64,000 bases of DNA. Origin: an uncultured SAR86 cluster bacterium. GTDB lineage: Bacteria; Pseudomonadota; Gammaproteobacteria; Magnimaribacterales; D2472. The notes beneath the pieces are model-generated. The model did not search any database, was not told the origin of the DNA, and worked only from the letters and a program-made list of their open reading frames with translations. Positions 56,310 to 64,000 of this stretch are shown here, piece by piece (the stretch's first letter is position 1; each line of letters opens with the position of its first letter). The stretch is from the NCBI GenBank assembly GCA_902605165.1, contig CACLBJ010000002.1, positions 22,794-86,793 on the forward strand. The letters run 5' to 3'. Made by a program: the position numbers and the translations under genes.

Positions 56310-57737
56310 ATGGCATTAAAGAAGAGAGGCTTTTGGATAGGAGTACTTCTATTTTTTGGGATTATTTTTCTTCCTTCTCCATCTGGTTTAACTGAAAGTG
56401 CTTGGCTAGTTGCAGCTGTTGCACTTCTTATGGTTACATGGTGGGCGACTGAAGCAATTCCCATACCCGTCACTTCTCTTTTACCACTGGCTCTTTTCCC
56501 AATACTTGGAGTAACTTCAATAGAAACAGCTGCCCTTCCTTATGCAAATAAAAATATTTATCTTTTTCTTGGTGGTTTTTTAATTGCTTTGTCAATTGAA
56601 AGATCAGGACTTCATAAACGCCTTGCATTGTTAATGATAAGAAGTCTTGGATCAGATGGTCCAAAGCTAATAGGAGGCTTTATGCTTGTCTCAGCATTAA
56701 TAAGTATGTGGGTAATGAATACATCAACTACATTGATGCTTTTACCCATTGGGCTTGCGATATGTTCAGTGGTAGCCAAAACCGTTCCAAATATGTCTGA
56801 AAAAGACAAAGATAATTTTGATAAAGCGCTATTACTTTCAATCGCATATGCTGCAACTATAGGAGGAATGTCTACACTTGTTGGTACAGCACCTAACATT
56901 GTTTTTAGCTCTTTTATGCTGGAAGTCTATGGTCTGGATATTTCTATGATTGACTGGATGAAGTTAGGTGTTCCAGTTTCAGTTTGTATGCTTGCTTTAG
57001 CATGGTTAATTCTTACAAAAGTTGTTTATCCTGTTAATTTTGCTTCATCAGATGAAACAAAGAATACTCTTTCAAAAATGTTGGCTGATATGGGTCCTAT
57101 GTCTAAAGATGAATTTAGAGTCGGAATAGTCTTCTTCATCGCAGCAGGTTTATGGATGTTTAGAAGCCTTATTGATAACTACGTAATTGGTCTCACCGAT
57201 GCTGGCATAGCAATCCTTGTTGCAATTGCTTTATTTATAATTCCATCTAGCGGAAGAAATGGAGAATTACTTTCATGGGAGCAATCAAGCAAACTACCAT
57301 GGGGTTTATTACTTCTTTTTGGTGGAGGTTTATCGCTTGGTGTACAAATTAATGACACCGGTTTGGGCCTTTGGATAGGTCAAAGCCTGGTAAGCCTTAA
57401 AACAGTTCCACTAATAATGCTTGTAATGGCGGTTGCAGCGCTAATAATATTTTTGACAGAAGTGACTAGCAATGTCGCAACAACATCAACTTTCTTGCCA
57501 GTTTTTGGAGCAGTTGCAGTTGCTGTTGGTGTTGCTCCAGAAGTCTTAACTGTTCCAGTTGTTCTCGCTGCAAGCTGCGCGTTTATGTTGCCAGTAGCTA
57601 CTCCCCCAAATGCAATTGTATATGGAGCCAATAAATTTAAAATTATTGATATGATGCGAGCGGGATTCTTAATTAATGTAGCTGGTATTTTTGTAGTAAC
57701 AGTTTTTGCTTACTACTTTGCGAAAGTTATTTTTTAA
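56310..57737 (+). CDS. DASS/SLC13-family sodium-coupled anion (di/tricarboxylate or sulfate) symporter
   Basis: 475 aa and polytopic. Two SNT-type hairpin motifs are present (NTSTTLMLLPI and TSNVATTSTFLPV), as in DASS transporters. Confidence 0.75.
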   Translation: MALKKRGFWIGVLLFFGIIFLPSPSGLTESAWLVAAVALLMVTWWATEAIPIPVTSLLPLALFPILGVTSIETAALPYANKNIYLFLGGFLIALSIERSGLHKRLALLMIRSLGSDGPKLIGGFMLVSALISMWVMNTSTTLMLLPIGLAICSVVAKTVPNMSEKDKDNFDKALLLSIAYAATIGGMSTLVGTAPNIVFSSFMLEVYGLDISMIDWMKLGVPVSVCMLALAWLILTKVVYPVNFASSDETKNTLSKMLADMGPMSKDEFRVGIVFFIAAGLWMFRSLIDNYVIGLTDAGIAILVAIALFIIPSSGRNGELLSWEQSSKLPWGLLLLFGGGLSLGVQINDTGLGLWIGQSLVSLKTVPLIMLVMAVAALIIFLTEVTSNVATTSTFLPVFGAVAVAVGVAPEVLTVPVVLAASCAFMLPVATPPNAIVYGANKFKIIDMMRAGFLINVAGIFVVTVFAYYFAKVIF

Positions 57738-59464
57738 TGAAATTTTCAAGAATATTCTTTTTTCTTTTTCTATTTCAAATACAAGATGTTCATCTAGATG
57801 CTTACCTCGACTATAAGTCACCTTTCCATCCTACAATTTCAAAAAATGGCATGGTTGTCTCTCAAAATCTTGAGTCCTCAGAAATAGGATCAATGATTTT
57901 GGAATCAGGAGGTAATGCAGTGGATGCAGCAGTAGCTGTTGGTTTCTCATTAACGACGACTCTACCAAGAGCAGGAAATATAGGTGGTGGCGGATTTATG
58001 TTAGTTTATATAAAAGAGTCAGAGGAATTATTTTCAATTGACTATAGAAGTAGGTCATCTTTAAATTCTAATTTAAAAGCTTTATTTGGATCTAAATCAC
58101 CAGCGCAAATACAAGATGATGATTATGATTTAACTAAATATGATTACAAAGCGTCTGCTGTTCCTGGGACCGTGTATGGTCTCTTGGAAGCTCATGAAAG
58201 ATTTGGGAAACTTCCTCTTAAAAAAGTCTTACAACCTGTTATTGATCAGGCTAGAAATGGAATTATTGTTTCCTACGACTTACATAATGCAATTGGGAGC
58301 TCCTATCAGCTTAAAGAAGATCCTGAATCAAGAAAGATATATTTTCAAAATAATAAACCTGTAGCTATTGGGTCTATTATGAAAAGACCTGATTTGGCAA
58401 AAACTTTTGAAGCAATAGCTGAGGAAGGAAAAGATGGGTTTTATGATGGATGGGTTGCCAAAAAAATTCAATCTTCTATGGAAGACAATGGTGGCTTTAT
58501 AGATAGCAATGATCTTAAGCAATATACTTCTAAATTTAGAGATCCGGTTGGAGTTAATTACAGAGGATACAGTGTTTATACTCAAGGACCTCCATCAGGA
58601 GGAGGAATAACATTTCTAACTGCTCTGAATGTACTAAGTTATTATAATCTTGAAAAATATAGGAAGGACTCTTCGCTAACTTATCATCTTTTAGCAGAGG
58701 CATTAAGGCGTGGACATAACAATAGGTCTCACCATGTTGGTGATCCCGACTATTATGAAGTGCCTACAAAAGGACTTATATCAAAAGGCAGAGCTAAATT
58801 GCTAGCCAAAAATATTAATTTTGATAAAGCATCTAGAGCTTCTGCAATTCAAAAGTATAACTATGCTGAAGAAAGCAAAGATACCACACACTATTCAATT
58901 GTAGATCGAAATGGAAATGCAGTTTCCAACACCTATACCTTGGGATATTCATTTGGATCAGGAGTGACGATTCCAGGAACAGGGATACTAATGAATAACC
59001 AGATGAGAAATTTTGCCTATAAATATGGTGATAAATCCTCTTCAAGCAGAGCTTCAAGTCCTGGGAATAGATTTGAGCCAGGTAAAAGACCAATGAGTAC
59101 AATGCATCCTGTTATGGTATTCAATAAAAAAGGTGAGTTGTCTTTAATTACTGGATCTCCTGGTGGCTCTCAGATACCAGCTGCAAATCTGAGAGTGGTA
59201 ACAGGTGTGATAGATTTTAATTTACATGTAGGTGATGCGACTATGCTTCCTAGAATACACAAGGATTGGCCTTATGATGGTCTTGATTTTGAGTCAACAG
59301 TAAGTCAGGATAATTTAAACCTTTTAGACAGGATTGGTCATCAACTAGAATTGTCAGATACCATTGGAAGCACTCAATCGATTCAGATCATTGATGGAAT
59401 TAATTATGGTTTTGCTGATCTAAGAAGACCAAATGCTGGAGTTTCAATAGAAAAGTCTAACTAA
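57737..59464 (+). CDS. ggt: Gamma-glutamyltransferase, periplasmic
   Basis: Signal peptide. GGNAVDAAVAVG, the autoprocessing/nucleophile site SKDTTHYSIVDRNGNAVSNTYTLGYSFGSG, and GSPGGSQIP. The start overlaps the DASS stop by 1 nt (TAATG). Confidence 0.9.
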   Translation: MKFSRIFFFLFLFQIQDVHLDAYLDYKSPFHPTISKNGMVVSQNLESSEIGSMILESGGNAVDAAVAVGFSLTTTLPRAGNIGGGGFMLVYIKESEELFSIDYRSRSSLNSNLKALFGSKSPAQIQDDDYDLTKYDYKASAVPGTVYGLLEAHERFGKLPLKKVLQPVIDQARNGIIVSYDLHNAIGSSYQLKEDPESRKIYFQNNKPVAIGSIMKRPDLAKTFEAIAEEGKDGFYDGWVAKKIQSSMEDNGGFIDSNDLKQYTSKFRDPVGVNYRGYSVYTQGPPSGGGITFLTALNVLSYYNLEKYRKDSSLTYHLLAEALRRGHNNRSHHVGDPDYYEVPTKGLISKGRAKLLAKNINFDKASRASAIQKYNYAEESKDTTHYSIVDRNGNAVSNTYTLGYSFGSGVTIPGTGILMNNQMRNFAYKYGDKSSSSRASSPGNRFEPGKRPMSTMHPVMVFNKKGELSLITGSPGGSQIPAANLRVVTGVIDFNLHVGDATMLPRIHKDWPYDGLDFESTVSQDNLNLLDRIGHQLELSDTIGSTQSIQIIDGINYGFADLRRPNAGVSIEKSN

Positions 59465-60836
59465 TAAAATCTATTGCTTTTTGTATCCTCTCTAATGACT
59501 TATCTTTTCCGAATAGCTCTAAAGTTAAACCAAGTGATGGTGAAACAGTAGAACCAACAAGCGCTATTCTCATTGGTTGATTTACTTTGGGAATGGGAAG
59601 ATTAAAATAATCTCTAACTTTGATTAATGCCATATCCAATTCTGTTTCATTCCATTCAGAAACTTTTGAAAGCACTTCTGAGGCGAATGTAAGTGTTTCA
59701 AGAGATTCATTTAGAAACTTCTTAACACCCTTTTCATCATAGCCATCTAATTCAAAAAAGAATGGTCTTGTTGCCTGAGCTATATCTTTAAGATTAGTCT
59801 TTGCAGTTCTCATTGCAAGAAGAATCTTTTTATAATTTGGAGAGTTTTCATTAATATTTTCGTCTTCCATAAAGGGTTTGATTGCTTCAAAAAAATCATT
59901 TTCACTCAATTTTGATAGTTGCTGGGAGCTAACCCAGTTAAATCTTTTTAGATCAAATACAGCTGCAGCTTTTTGAACATTTTCTAGCTTAAATGATTCA
60001 ATTAATTCATTAATTGAAAAGATCTCATCTTCAGTTGACCAGCCAAGTAATGCTAAGGCATTTATAATTGTTTCTTTGGTAAATCCCATTTCTTTGTAAG
60101 CATTTAGGCTTGTTGCAGCATGCCTTTTGGAAAGTCTTTTTTTATCCTCACCCAGAACCAAAGGCAAATGGGCATACTCAAGGTCTGGATAGCCAAGCGC
60201 TTTCTGGATATGAATTTGTCTTGGTGTATTGCTTATATGATCTTCTCCTCTAATAACAGTAGTTACGCCTTGATCGAAGTCATCTATAACATTACAGAAA
60301 TGGTATGTAGGAGTTCCATCACTTCTCATTAAAATAAGATCATCCAATTCGCTATTACGGAAAGTTATTTCGCCGCGTATCAAATCTTTCACAATGGTTT
60401 CTCCTTCAAGCGGAGTTGCTAATCTAAGAACTGTATTGTCTGATTTCTCTAGGCCAAGATCTCTGCTTCGACCATCATACATAGGTTTTGCTCCAGCTGC
60501 TGTCTGCTGTTTGCGCATTTCTTCTAAATCTTCTGGTGAACAATCACACCAATAGGCATTTCCAGAATTAATAAGCTTTTCAGCAGCTTTTTGATAAATA
60601 TCTGATCTCTCTGATTGTCTTATTGGTTCCTTATCAGGAGATATCCCGAGCCACTCTAATCCAGAAATTATATCTTCTTCATATTCCTTTTTTGATCTTT
60701 CTCTGTCAGTATCCTCAACTCTTATTAAGAACAAGCCACCAGATTGTCTAGAAAAAACATAATTAAATAAAGCAGTCCTTACTCCTCCTATATGAAGATT
60801 GCCTGTAGGGCTTGGGGCAAATCTAGTTACCTTCAT
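59457..60836 (-). CDS. gltX: Glutamate--tRNA ligase
   Basis: RFAPSPTGNLHIGGVRTALFNY (HIGH motif) and KKRLSKRH (KMSKS-like). 459 aa. Confidence 0.95.
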   Translation of the reverse strand: MKVTRFAPSPTGNLHIGGVRTALFNYVFSRQSGGLFLIRVEDTDRERSKKEYEEDIISGLEWLGISPDKEPIRQSERSDIYQKAAEKLINSGNAYWCDCSPEDLEEMRKQQTAAGAKPMYDGRSRDLGLEKSDNTVLRLATPLEGETIVKDLIRGEITFRNSELDDLILMRSDGTPTYHFCNVIDDFDQGVTTVIRGEDHISNTPRQIHIQKALGYPDLEYAHLPLVLGEDKKRLSKRHAATSLNAYKEMGFTKETIINALALLGWSTEDEIFSINELIESFKLENVQKAAAVFDLKRFNWVSSQQLSKLSENDFFEAIKPFMEDENINENSPNYKKILLAMRTAKTNLKDIAQATRPFFFELDGYDEKGVKKFLNESLETLTFASEVLSKVSEWNETELDMALIKVRDYFNLPIPKVNQPMRIALVGSTVSPSLGLTLELFGKDKSLERIQKAIDFIS

Positions 60837-61550
60837 TTAAGAATTCCATAATGTTTTTTTACCAATCTTTTCTTCAATCTCTTCAAGCCTTTTGGAATGC
60901 AAAAGTTGATCCTCTTCAGAAGTAATAATCTTAGTAATTTCAAAATCATTTGAAAGATTTCTTGTTTGCTTTTTATTATCCTCCTGAAGATCAGCATCAA
61001 AATCATTTGCGAAATTAATCTTGCTTTGACCGCCTGTAAGGTTTGAATAAACATCAGCTAATATATTGGCATCGAGTAAGGCTCCGTGATAAGTCCTATC
61101 ATAGCCATTAATATCAAAACGTTTTGATAGCGCATCAAGGGAATTCCTCTGTCCTGGAAACTTATTTCTAGCAATTGCGAGTGTATCTTTAACTTCACAA
61201 ATCTCAGATATTGTTGGATAAGTTGATGATGCTATTTTAAATTCAGCATCTAAAAAACCAACATCAAAGTCTGCATTATGAATTACCAGTGTTGAGCCAT
61301 CGATAAACTCTAAAAGATCTTCTGCAATCTCAGAAAAAAGAGGTTTATCTTGAACGTCTTCATTAGATATCCCATGAACTTCTTGAGCTTCTTTATCAAT
61401 TTCTCTTTGTGGATTGACATAAACATGAAATGTTTCGGTAGTTTTTTTCCTACCATTCATTACTACTCCGCCTATCTCAATTATTCTATGTCCTTTTTCT
61501 ACCTCCAAACCAGTAGTTTCTGTATCGAGTACTATATGTCTTTTTTCCAT
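60837..61550 (-). CDS. dnaQ: DNA polymerase III epsilon subunit (3'-5' exonuclease)
   Basis: Exo I IVLDTETTGL, Exo II LVIHNADFDVGFL, Exo III YHGALLDANILADVY. 237 aa. Confidence 0.9.
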   Translation of the reverse strand: MEKRHIVLDTETTGLEVEKGHRIIEIGGVVMNGRKKTTETFHVYVNPQREIDKEAQEVHGISNEDVQDKPLFSEIAEDLLEFIDGSTLVIHNADFDVGFLDAEFKIASSTYPTISEICEVKDTLAIARNKFPGQRNSLDALSKRFDINGYDRTYHGALLDANILADVYSNLTGGQSKINFANDFDADLQEDNKKQTRNLSNDFEITKIITSEEDQLLHSKRLEEIEEKIGKKTLWNS

Positions 61551-61551
61551 T

Positions 61552-61983
61552 TTAAAGTTCGTCTATGCCTCTATTTGCAAGCATGTCTGCAGTTTCATTT
61601 CCTGGATCACCTGAATGACCCTTGACCCAGTTCCATTTTATATTATGTTTATCTCTAAGTTCATCTAATTCTTTCCAAAGATCAATATTTTTTACTGGTT
61701 TCTTGTTTGCGCCTCTCCAGCCTCTTTTTTTCCAGTTATGTATCCACTCTTCAATGCCCTGAAGAACATATTTTGAATCTGTGTAAAGGATGATTTCGCA
61801 AGGTTCTTTTATTTCTTTAAGAGCCATAATCGCTGCTGTTAGCTCCATCTTATTATTAGTAGTAGAAACATCTCCTCCATAAAGCTGCTTACTTAATTCG
61901 CCATATTCAATAAGTACTCCCCAACCACCAGGTCCTGGATTGCCTCTACAAGCTCCATCAGTGTAAATAATTACAGTTTTCAT
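61552..61983 (-). CDS. rnhA: Ribonuclease HI
   Basis: [34 protein letters not shown] and VKGHSG..GNETAD. 143 aa. Confidence 0.95.
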   Translation of the reverse strand: MKTVIIYTDGACRGNPGPGGWGVLIEYGELSKQLYGGDVSTTNNKMELTAAIMALKEIKEPCEIILYTDSKYVLQGIEEWIHNWKKRGWRGANKKPVKNIDLWKELDELRDKHNIKWNWVKGHSGDPGNETADMLANRGIDEL

Positions 61984-62000
61984 CTCGTTAGTTGTAAAAT

Positions 62001-62768
62001 TTGCATGTGATTAATATTAAACCATTAAAGGCATACACTGATAATTATATTTGGTTGCTTGAAAGTAATGAAGAGGTTTCTGTTGTTGATCCAGGCGATG
62101 CAAAACCGGTTCTGGATTATTTAAATAAAACCAACAAAAATTTAAAGGATATTCTTATAACTCATCACCATTTTGATCATACAGCTGGAGTTCCTGAATT
62201 AGAAAATATAATTTCTGGATCTATTTATGGACCTCAAAATAGTTATAAACTGATTCAAGAAGAAGTTACCCAAGGGCATACCCTTTCAAGTTTGGGTATA
62301 AAATTTGAAGTCATTGAGGTTCCTGGGCATACTCTTGATCACATAGCTTTTTATAATGAAGAAAATAATATTCTCTTTTGCGGAGATACCTTATTTGCAG
62401 GTGGATGTGGAAGAGTTTTTGAAGGCACATTTGATCAAATGTTTGAATCTCTTAATAAATTAAAGCAATTACCAGATAGCACACAAATTTATTGTGGACA
62501 TGAGTATACAAAGAACAACTTATTGTTCTCAATTAAAGTCGAGCCAGAAAATAATGACCTGATAATGAGAAATAGTGGAATTGACAATCTTATTATGACA
62601 AACGGTTCCTCACTTCCCTCTTCCATTGAGCTTGAAAAAAAAACAAATCCTTTTTTAAGATGTGATTTGTTAGGTGATAATATTCAACTCATGGAAAAAT
62701 TTGGATTGGATATACCGTCTGAAAATGAAATCTTCAAACACATTCGAGAATGGAAAGACTCAACATAA
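62001..62768 (+). CDS. gloB: Hydroxyacylglutathione hydrolase (glyoxalase II)
   Basis: [39 protein letters not shown] and CGHEYT motifs. The start is TTG 62001 or GTG 62007. Confidence 0.9.
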   Translation: MHVINIKPLKAYTDNYIWLLESNEEVSVVDPGDAKPVLDYLNKTNKNLKDILITHHHFDHTAGVPELENIISGSIYGPQNSYKLIQEEVTQGHTLSSLGIKFEVIEVPGHTLDHIAFYNEENNILFCGDTLFAGGCGRVFEGTFDQMFESLNKLKQLPDSTQIYCGHEYTKNNLLFSIKVEPENNDLIMRNSGIDNLIMTNGSSLPSSIELEKKTNPFLRCDLLGDNIQLMEKFGLDIPSENEIFKHIREWKDST

Positions 62769-64000
62769 AATATCTGATTCTCATTCTACTGCTACCTGGC
62801 TGTCAGATTGTAGAGGTTACCGATAATGAATCTATCGAATTGATCCCTGATCTCTCTGTACCAAAAAATGAAGAGATTGTTGAGGCCAATCAAATAATTG
62901 AAGTTGCAAATATTGACCCACCTACTCCAGAAATTATTAGTATTTGGGAGGTTTTAAAAAGTGAAGCCACAGTAAAAGATTATGAGATTGATGATTTAAC
63001 GCTTTATTACATGAATCAACATCTTAAAAATGTAGACCTTTTCGAAAATTACTTAAGAAACTCTTATTATTTTTTATATTATGTAATTGAGGAACTCAAA
63101 AGAAACGACTTGCCAATTGAGCTTGCTTTTTTACCATTTATTGAAAGTAGCTATGATCCATTCTCTATATCTTCTTCTGGAGCAGTTGGATTATGGCAAA
63201 TAATGCCGAAAACAGCAGAGTTGCTTGGGTTGAGAGAAAATTGGTGGATTGAAGAAAGGCATGATCCCTATAAATCAACAGATGCTGCTATTAGATATAT
63301 TGACTACCTGTATAAAAGATTTAATAAAGATATTTATCTTTCTCTAGTTGCCTATAATGCTGGGCCAACTTTTACTTCAAAGGCTATTCAAAGAAATACA
63401 AGAAGAACTTCCACTCTTTCTTATAAGGATTTACCACTATCAGCTCAAACCAGAAACTATATTCCGAAGTTTTTAGCATTAATTGAGCTTATAAATAATA
63501 ATGAAAAATATAATATTGATCTTCCAGAGATTCCCTATTCAAAGGTCGTAGATAAAATTTCTTTTGAAGAACAAATAGAGATCTTGAATTTTAGTGATTT
63601 TCTTAATCTAAAACCTGAACTACTTTACAAGCTAAATGCAGGTTACACAAAATGGGCAACTGACCCAAATATGGTAAGCACCTTTTATATCCCAATTGAA
63701 AATAAGATTAAATATGAAAGAAATGGACAAGAATATATTCAATCTCAAAAAATAAACTGGATTTCGCACGACGTTACTAGAGGTGAGAGTTTGTGGGTAT
63801 TAGCAAAAAAATATAGAACAAGGATCGATATTATTAGGCAAGTGAATCAGCTTGAGTCAGATACATTGTCAATCAATCAAGTATTGCTAATTCCTGTTGG
63901 GCAAGCATCATCAAATATTCTTATTCCCTTTGAAGCTCATGTTGTTAGCGAAGGTGATACTCTCTGGAGTTTAGCGAGAAAGTTTGGTGTCTCCGAAAAA
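62750..64000 (+). CDS. mltD: Membrane-bound lytic murein transglycosylase D-like lipoprotein (SLT domain plus LysM repeats); 3' end beyond the window
   Basis: Absent from the track because it is open at 64000. My reading from ATG 62750 gives [19 protein letters not shown] (lipobox), the SLT core LAFLPFIESSYDPFSISSSGAVGLWQIMP, and LysM-like HDVTRGESLWVLAKKY and HVVSEGDTLWSLARKFG. Confidence 0.8.
   Translation, partial: MERLNIKYLILILLLPGCQIVEVTDNESIELIPDLSVPKNEEIVEANQIIEVANIDPPTPEIISIWEVLKSEATVKDYEIDDLTLYYMNQHLKNVDLFENYLRNSYYFLYYVIEELKRNDLPIELAFLPFIESSYDPFSISSSGAVGLWQIMPKTAELLGLRENWWIEERHDPYKSTDAAIRYIDYLYKRFNKDIYLSLVAYNAGPTFTSKAIQRNTRRTSTLSYKDLPLSAQTRNYIPKFLALIELINNNEKYNIDLPEIPYSKVVDKISFEEQIEILNFSDFLNLKPELLYKLNAGYTKWATDPNMVSTFYIPIENKIKYERNGQEYIQSQKINWISHDVTRGESLWVLAKKYRTRIDIIRQVNQLESDTLSINQVLLIPVGQASSNILIPFEAHVVSEGDTLWSLARKFGVSEK

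Noticed and set aside
60833-61054. 73-aa minus-strand ORF overlapping the 3' part of dnaQ in another frame
   Set aside because: It is fully contained in the well-supported dnaQ gene and has basic low-complexity composition, so it is probably spurious.
1-64000. CRISPR arrays, insertion sequences, integrons, prophage or toxin-antitoxin pairs
   Set aside because: Reading both strands showed no regularly spaced direct repeats, no transposase, integrase or recombinase motifs, and no obvious small paired TA genes. The window looks like core chromosome.

Overview
AT-rich (roughly one-third G+C by eye), very gene-dense chromosomal window. I count about 60 protein genes and 3 tRNAs (Arg-TCG, Ser-GGA, Ala-GGC). 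I saw no rRNA, CRISPR array, transposase, integrase or phage genes. The content is core housekeeping plus nutrient scavenging in a Gram-negative cell. It is probably a streamlined marine gammaproteobacterium; this is inferred from an E. coli-like dnaQ/rnhA/gloB/mltD neighbourhood, dksA, a Vibrio-type TonB2 cluster, three ~1000-aa TonB-dependent receptors and many exported peptidases, hydrolases and SCGGG-lipobox lipoproteins. Many co-directional neighbours overlap by 1-11 nt, and five convergent pairs overlap at their 3' ends. I found no clear-cut novel system such as a defence island. The loci most worth a second look are: (i) 7.0-7.5 kb, where a 19/20 LexA box sits in the spacer of a sigma70-like promoter that predicts a leaderless 70-aa orphan ORF, followed by a ~190-nt non-coding promoter-to-terminator unit ending 8 nt before the EamA-rhodanese operon (candidate riboswitch, attenuator or sRNA); (ii) 0.5-4.5 kb, a tightly coupled cassette of an exported DUF3604 PHP-like metalloenzyme, a membrane-anchored PpiC-type foldase and an extended HupE/UreJ metal permease; (iii) 10.8-16.6 kb, a six-gene chain (MoxR AAA+, VWA, unrecognised permease, ABC-2 pair, QueF) joined by start/stop overlaps at four junctions and a 3-nt gap at the fifth; (iv) a lipoprotein fusing a cadherin-like repeat to a DUF1524 His-Me nuclease, next to other exported scavenging enzymes. 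All functional calls come from motif recognition in the supplied translations. No database search was possible.
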